From the NCBI RefSeq assembly GCF_006345805.1, contig NW_021827578.1, forward strand, positions 1 through 29,952: a stretch of DNA of 29,952 nucleotides. Direction: 5' to 3'. Position numbers and translations under genes: made by a program. This DNA comes from Octopus sinensis. Taxonomy: Eukaryota. Under the pieces are notes generated by a model, which saw nothing but the letters and a program-made list of their open reading frames with translations, was not told where the DNA came from and searched no databases. How positions within the stretch are numbered: the stretch's first letter is position 1; the number at the start of each line of letters is the position of its first letter. This document shows, in pieces, positions 24,723-29,952 of the stretch.

Positions 24723-24800
24723 AACAGTTGCGCCTAAATATCAATGGCGCCTAAATGAATGTACTATCACGTGATCATTTATAGCGCACTGATTGGCTAT
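24723..24800 (-). promoter_or_regulatory. Putative VP promoter (also upstream of the ATGs at 17782, 20100 and 22413)
   Basis: Minus strand reads AGCCAATCAG (CCAAT, 24792-24796), TATAAA (24778-24783), palindromic E-box ATCACGTGAT (24766-24775), then two ATTTAGGCGC repeats before the ATG. Confidence 0.65.
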
Positions 24801-24894
24801 TTAGCGATATCCGGTTATTGCATCACTTTTTTTAAAAAAGGGAGATAATAACAATAAAGAATATTACAAAAAATTCCCCTCTTGGGGCCAAATT

Positions 24895-25115
24895 AAAAAA
24901 AAAAAACAGTGCACAAAAAACCTTCCTACCGACGAAGTCGGTAGGGAGGGAGGAAAATTTTTTTTTTTTTTTTTTTTTTTTATTTTTTTTTAGTAATCCT
25001 TGCAAATGCACTGCTCAAAGACGGCAACCGGGAGGGAGGGAGGTTAGTAGAATATGACTTATCGGCTTAGTCATATTCTACTAACCTCCTCCCTCCCGGT
25101 TGCCGTCTTTGAGCA
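24895..25115. repeat. Type-A palindrome, junction 4, right arm truncated
   Basis: Full left arm and loop (25060-25068). Right arm stops after TTGCCGTCTTTGAGCA at 25115. Confidence 0.92.
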
Positions 25116-25181
25116 ATACGGGAATTGTAGCGGATGATACCATAGGACCATCACCAGATGATGTCGGTTACACTTCCAGTG
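25116..25181 (+). other. Inverted 66-bp VP fragment at the right virus-host junction
   Basis: ATACGGGAATTGTAGCGG…CACTTCCAGTG is the reverse complement of VP sequence at about 24297-24362. The last GTG is shared with host DNA. Confidence 0.9.
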
Positions 25182-26322
25182 TGCATACACGTGTGTACCT
25201 GCGCATAACAAGCACTGGGGTTTGGTAAACGTTGGGTGTCGGCAATTGGCAGTCCTGTTGGTTGCTGACGGTGACCTTGGTGCAGACGGTGTAAGGCAGG
25301 GGTGGGCGAACTTTTTTGATCGCGGGCCGCACAGTGCGTCTTTGGAACCTTGGCGGGCCTCATTTATAAAAATCAAGTGAAAATATTTTTAAAGGCGGTT
25401 ATAGACCTATAAACACACAATTGATTGAAAGGAAATTTTGTGAAATATTCCTGGTTTAAGTGATTTTATTTATTTTTTAGAGTATCGGGTTCATGTTTTT
25501 CGGTTATTTGCTCCTATAGTTGAAATTATTACAGGAACCTCGGTTATTTTGGACAGCCTGTTATGCTTACAAATTGCCAGGAACGGAATTTTCCTAGTAA
25601 AATCTGCACTAATTGTGGACAACCACCTCTTAATATTATGGACAACCATGATGAATATTATACTTAAATTCTAGGATACCCAAAATAAAAGATTTTAAAG
25701 AGAAATTACAGTTTATTAATATGAATTGATATCTGAAATTAGAAACGTCACCTGAAACATTTATTTGAAAAACAAAGCGGCTCTGTAAATAACAATGTCA
25801 ATGAGAATAATGCAGCTGTCTACTGTCATTTACCAGTTTGTCAAAATTAGGTGTCAAGTTGCTTGTGCTGATTCTTAACACTGACTGAAGATTTGAGTCT
25901 GTGAGAAGTGATCGATTCTTCCCCTTGTTAATTTTCATGATGGAGAAAGTCTGCTCACATATGTGGAAGCACTCCGTCGGTTACGACGACGAGGGTTCTT
26001 GTTGATCCGATCAACGGAACAGCCTGCTTGTGAAATTAACGTGTAAGTGGCTGAGCACTCCACAGACACGTGTATCCTTAACGTAGTTCTCGGGGATATT
26101 CAGCATGACACAGAGAGTGACAAGGCCGGCCCTTTTGAAATACAGGTACAATAGAAACAGGAAGTAAGAGTGAGAGAAAGTTGTGGTGAAAGTGTACAGC
26201 AGGGATCACCACCATCCTTGCAGGAGCCTCGTGGAGCTTTAGGTGTTTTCGCTCAATAAACACTCACAACGCCCGGTCTGGGAATCGAAACCGCGATCCT
26301 ACTACCGCAAGTCCGCTGCCCT
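25179..26322 (+). repeat. Right copy of ~1.15 kb host direct duplication
   Basis: Starts GTGTGCATACACG and ends GTCCGCTGCCCT, like the left copy. The host SINE continues intact past 26322. Confidence 0.95.
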
Positions 26323-26498
26323 AACCACTGGGCCATTCCGCCTCCACTCACATATGTAAGTTGATGCAAACAACACAAACATCTTTCTTGCAAATTTTTT
26401 TAGATTTTGGAATTGGGATTCATAAATCTCTCGGCGGGCCGCATGAAAACCTATGGCGGGCCGCATGCGGCCCGCGGGCCCTAGTTTGCCCACCCCTG
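25297..26498 (-). mobile_element. Non-autonomous hAT (Charlie/SPIN-like) DNA transposon, complete ends
   Basis: TIRs CAGGGGTGGGCGAACT / AGTTTGCCCACCCCTG; 8-bp TSD GTGTAAGG at 25289-25296 and 26499-26506. Minus-strand remnant FASTYICE|QTFSIMKINKGKNRSLLTDSNLQSVLRIS…QLHYSH* matches the hAT C-terminal dimerisation region. Confidence 0.9.
25965..26346 (-). mobile_element. tRNA-derived SINE inserted into the hAT transposase remnant
   Basis: Head with A box TGGCCCAGTGGTTAGG and B box GGTTTCGATTCC. 11-bp TSD CTCACATATGT at 25954-25964 and 26347-26357. Confidence 0.85.
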
Positions 26499-26554
26499 GT
26501 GTAAGGTAACAGCTGCTACTAAGGTGGTATGTCCGTATTGTCGGCAGTCAGAGG

Positions 26555-26599
<45 letters not shown>

Positions 26600-26720
26600 T
26601 GTGTGTGTGTGTGTGTCTGTGTTTGAGAGCGCTTGTTGCTTTCTTGTTCCATTTTTTGGACGTATATATATATATATAATATATATATATAAGATATATA
26701 TATACATATACATATACATA
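26555..26720. repeat. (GT)n/(TA)n microsatellites
   Basis: Direct reading. Confidence 0.9.
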
Positions 26721-26950
26721 TATTTATGTATGTATGTAGGTGAAATTTATAGGAAAACAAAAGACGAAGACAGGTGTATGAACAACAAGCTGGTGTAATA
26801 GTTTGATGCTTGGGAAAAAAATTTTAAAGTCTTTATGTTTCGAGCCTATGTTCTTCAACAGAAAGGAATAAGAGAAAATAAACAGAGAGAATGAAAATAT
26901 ACATATATGTGTGTGTCTGCCACGTGGTTAGCATATACTCTAATTAAATT

Positions 26951-27005
<55 letters not shown>

Positions 27006-27027
27006 GTGTGTGTGTGTGGTGTGTGTG

Positions 27028-27370
27028 TAGGAGTGGCTGTGTGATAAGTAGCTTGCTTACCAACCACATTGTTCCGGGTTCAGTGCCACTGCGTGGCACC
27101 TTGGACAAGTGTCTTCTACTATAGCCTTGTGAGTGGATTTGGTAGGCGGAAACTGAAAGAAGCCAGTCTTATATATGTGTGTGTATGTTTGTCTCCTCAA
27201 CTTCGCTTGACAACCGATGCTGATATGTTTACGTCCCCGTAACATTGCGGTTCGGCGAAAGAGAGCGATAGAATAGGTACTAGGCTAACAAAGAATAAGT
27301 CCTGGGGTCGATTTGTTCGACTAAAGGCGGTGCTCTAGCATGGCCACAGTCAAATAACTGAAACAAGTAA
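27028..27370 (+). mobile_element. Same SINE family; a further tail fragment at about 27440-27640
   Basis: Head and tail match. Confidence 0.75.
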
Positions 27371-27825
27371 AAATAGAAAAAGAAAAAATAGATATGTATA
27401 TATACACATATGTATATATACGTGCGTGTGTATTTTTGTGTCTGTTTTTGTCCCCTCACCGCTTGACATGTAGCCTGGGTGTGTTTACCAGCTCCGCAAC
27501 TTAGCGGTTCGACAAAAAAAGAGGCATGGTTGAATAAGTACCAAGATTGTAAAACAAAACATAAATATTGGGATCAATTCGTTCAACTAAAGATTCTTCA
27601 AGTTGTTGCTCCAGCATGGCTGCGGTCTATTTTTTGAAATAAGTAAAACATAAAAAAATAAAAAGAGAACGCAAAACTCAATAACGAAGTATTACATATG
27701 GCAATAAGAATGAACCTTTTGATAGAAGGCTAAAGTATTTATGGACACTTTATTAAAAAAGAAATGACTGTAGATAAAAATCAATAATTGGATAGACTTA
27801 AAATGCGGCACAAGAAATCATGATA

Positions 27826-27956
27826 CAGTTTTATATTTAAGAGATGAGGAATTATATACGTTATTTGCATTATGGGCATATGGCGTAGTGGTTAAGAGCG
27901 CGGACTACTAATCCCAATATTCCGAGTTCGATTCCAAGAAGTGACCTGAATAATAA
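27826..27956. mobile_element. Internally deleted copy of the palindromic tRNA-head element
   Basis: Left terminus CAGTTTTATATTTAAGAGATGAGG fused to spacer GGGCATAT and a plus-strand head. Confidence 0.65.
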
Positions 27957-28132
27957 AAAAATTTTTTTTCTTTCTTCAAATTTTCTTCCATTTCACGCCG
28001 GGTGTTTTCCGTACACCTAGGGCAGAGAAGCTCATTGTATGCATTCCCAGATTACACGCGCAAATTCACAGGTAAAATATGTATTTAAAAATTAATAGAT
28101 AAATAAATTCATGAATGGATGTTGTTTTCACG

Positions 28133-28443
28133 GTGATAACGCTCTTCTCAGTACATGAGTCGTTCCAGTTAACACGATTTTTGCACTTCCTGTAGGGATG
28201 GTAAGCCTGGTATCATTTTCAAATATGTTTCAGTACATTTTTTAATCATTCCTAGAGATCTTACAATTACTGGCACTGTGGTCGCCTTGAGATGCCACAT
28301 TTTTTCAATTTCTATTAGCAAGTCTTTATATTTACTGATCTTGTCAAATTCTTTCGCCGCTATATTGTGATCGCAAGGAATACTCATGTCAATTAATAAA
28401 CACACTTTTTTTGTCTGATCTTTTATAATAATATCCGGTTTAT
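28133..28443 (-). mobile_element. 3' fragment of an RLE-type non-LTR retrotransposon (R4/Dong/NeSL-like)
   Basis: KPDIIIKDQTKKVCLLIDMSIPCDHNIAAKEFDKISKYKDL…VPVIV: restriction-like endonuclease PD..D..K motif. Confidence 0.8.
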
Positions 28444-28529
28444 TGAAGAATTCCTTAGGAATGAGAACCCAGGTTCGAAATTTCCCCCAATACAGTGCAT
28501 TATTAATAAACATGTATCATTTAGTGAAG

Positions 28530-28830
28530 TTGCATGGCTCAGTGGTTAGAGCATCGGGTTCACAATCATGCTTTAGTGAGTTCGATTCCCGGACAGGGCT
28601 ACGTTGTGTTCTTGAGCAAGATACTTTATTTCACATTGTTCCAGTTCTCTCATCTATAGAAATGAGTTGCGACGTCACTGGTGCCAAGCTATACATCAGT
28701 GACGTGGCGAGGAGAGGCTGGTATTCATGGGCGACTGCTGAGCTTCCATTAACAACCTTGCCCATACTTGTGCCTCAGAGTGGAACTTCCTAGATGCAAT
28801 CCCATGGTCAGTCATGACCGAAAGGGGTCC
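28530..28830 (+). mobile_element. Further tRNA-derived SINE (TTGAGCAAGATACTT core)
   Basis: TGGCTCAGTGGTTAGAGC A box and GAGTTCGATTCCC B box. Confidence 0.6.
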
Positions 28831-28864
28831 TATCATTCATACTCATGTTTTTTTAAAATTATTT

Positions 28865-29170
28865 ATGCGCCCTTTTCAAGCCTAGACAGGCTCATGGGCC
28901 TGGTTTCCCAGTTTCTGTGGCGTATGTGTTCCCCCCAGCTAGATGGGACGCCAGTCCATCGCAGCGTTACTCAAGAAACAGGAAGAAAGAGTGAGAAAAA
29001 GTTGGGGCGAAAGAGTACAACAGGGGTCGTCGCCACCCCCTGACGGAGCCGCGTGGAGCTTTAGGTGTTTTCGCTGAATAAACACACACAGCGCCCGGTC
29101 TGGGAATCGAAACCGCGATCCTCCGACCGCGAGTCCGCTGCCCTAACCACTGGGCCATTACGCCTCCACC
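28865..29170 (-). mobile_element. Third SINE family
   Basis: Reverse complement of the 6980-7290 type. Confidence 0.75.
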
Positions 29171-29187
29171 ATACTAATGTACAAGTA

Positions 29188-29584
29188 TCTATTTCTCCAT
29201 ATATATAAAGCTGAAGTTGCTTGTGTATGGCAGGTTCGGTAGCCTTCAACTAACACTATCTCTTCCGAGACCCTGCGGCGCAAGTTGACCAAAATTGAGA
29301 GTATGATAGAAGGCTTGCTCTTCCTTCCGTAGATGAAAAAATTCAAATCGGACCATGTTAACACCAAAAATTATTTACATCAAAAAGGTGCTTTTTTTTT
29401 CTATGAGAATCCCTATTTTTTACGATTTTTTTACTGCTGTGTCGCCATTTTTCGGTGTATTTCAACCAGAAAAATGTTCACTTAAAGAGAATAACAAGCT
29501 ACATAATGCAACATTTTTACTTTTCAAAAATTCCAATTTTAAAGGGTCGAAACAAACCGGAGCAACGCCGGGCGATACTGCTAG
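29188..29584 (+). mobile_element. Non-autonomous Helitron-like element
   Basis: A|TC start, TATATATAAAG near the 5' end, subterminal CCGG-AGCAACG-CCGG hairpin, terminal CTAG|T. Confidence 0.6.
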
Positions 29585-29952
29585 TTTCATTTAATTATTA
29601 AATTTATTAATTGCTTAATTTATAATGTGTTGATCAAGGTGACTATACCTGGTTCGGAAAAATCAAATTCAGAAAAGGTTTGGGACCAAAGGTTCCAGGA
29701 AATCAGTGTTGTAGTTATACTACTATTTAATTCGTAGATTCGGCCTTGTAACATTGTATCACGTAAATTAGACCCGAGAAGAGCGTTAAATTTACACACG
29801 TTCAATCGATGCCCAGTCGTTAACAGCTTAATTTCATAAGCAGAAATAATTGTGTTAAGCAGCGAAGAAACCAAAACCATTTACACGTGAAGTCGACATC
29901 AATCTACTGGAGAAGTATTAGCAGCAACAACAGTGAGGCGTTTCAGGGATAA

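Larger units (their letters stand above)
17222..25178 (-). mobile_element. Endogenous parvovirus/densovirus-like concatemer: 3 full capsid-only units, 1 partial unit and a second hairpin module
   Basis: Tandem units with hairpin loops starting at 18122, 20422, 22741 and 25060 (spacing 2300, 2319, 2319). Each has a PLA2-bearing capsid ORF between long palindromes. Flanked by a host direct duplication. Confidence 0.92.

Noticed and set aside
17218-25115. CRISPR-like array of repeats
   Set aside because: The repeats are long palindromes separated by identical 2.3-kb units, not short repeats with unique spacers. The context is eukaryotic.
17222-25178. NS1/Rep gene on either strand of the viral units
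   Set aside because: No ORF with HUH or SF3 helicase Walker motifs. Plus-strand ORFs (e.g. 21101-21388, 21322-21540, 19023-19343) are short antisense shadows of VP.

Overview
AT-rich, repeat-dense, non-genic eukaryotic DNA. The SINE families and microsatellite load match what I recognise from Octopus genomes, so the host is an inference. No host exons are evident. The main feature is a ~8 kb insert (17222-25178) of parvovirus/densovirus-like DNA. It holds three complete head-to-tail ~2.3 kb units plus a partial unit. Each unit carries one minus-strand capsid gene (consensus ~536 aa, with an N-terminal parvoviral PLA2 domain), its own promoter and ~170-bp inverted terminal arms, but no NS1/Rep gene. 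One ~350-bp palindrome sits at each unit junction. A second, different hairpin replicon-like module (17218-17651) shares the motif CCGGGAGGGAGGGAGG. The insert is flanked by a ~1.15 kb direct duplication of host DNA (16076-17221 / 25179-26322). That duplication copies the left end of a hAT element, so the whole viral array now lies between matching hAT TIRs with an 8-bp TSD. Differences between copies are almost all small indels, consistent with long-read error and a very recent event. Elsewhere: a mariner fossil split by nested inserts, a palindromic head-to-head tRNA-(AAT)n element with hammerhead-like cores, Helitron ends, RLE-type LINE fragments and many tRNA-derived SINEs.
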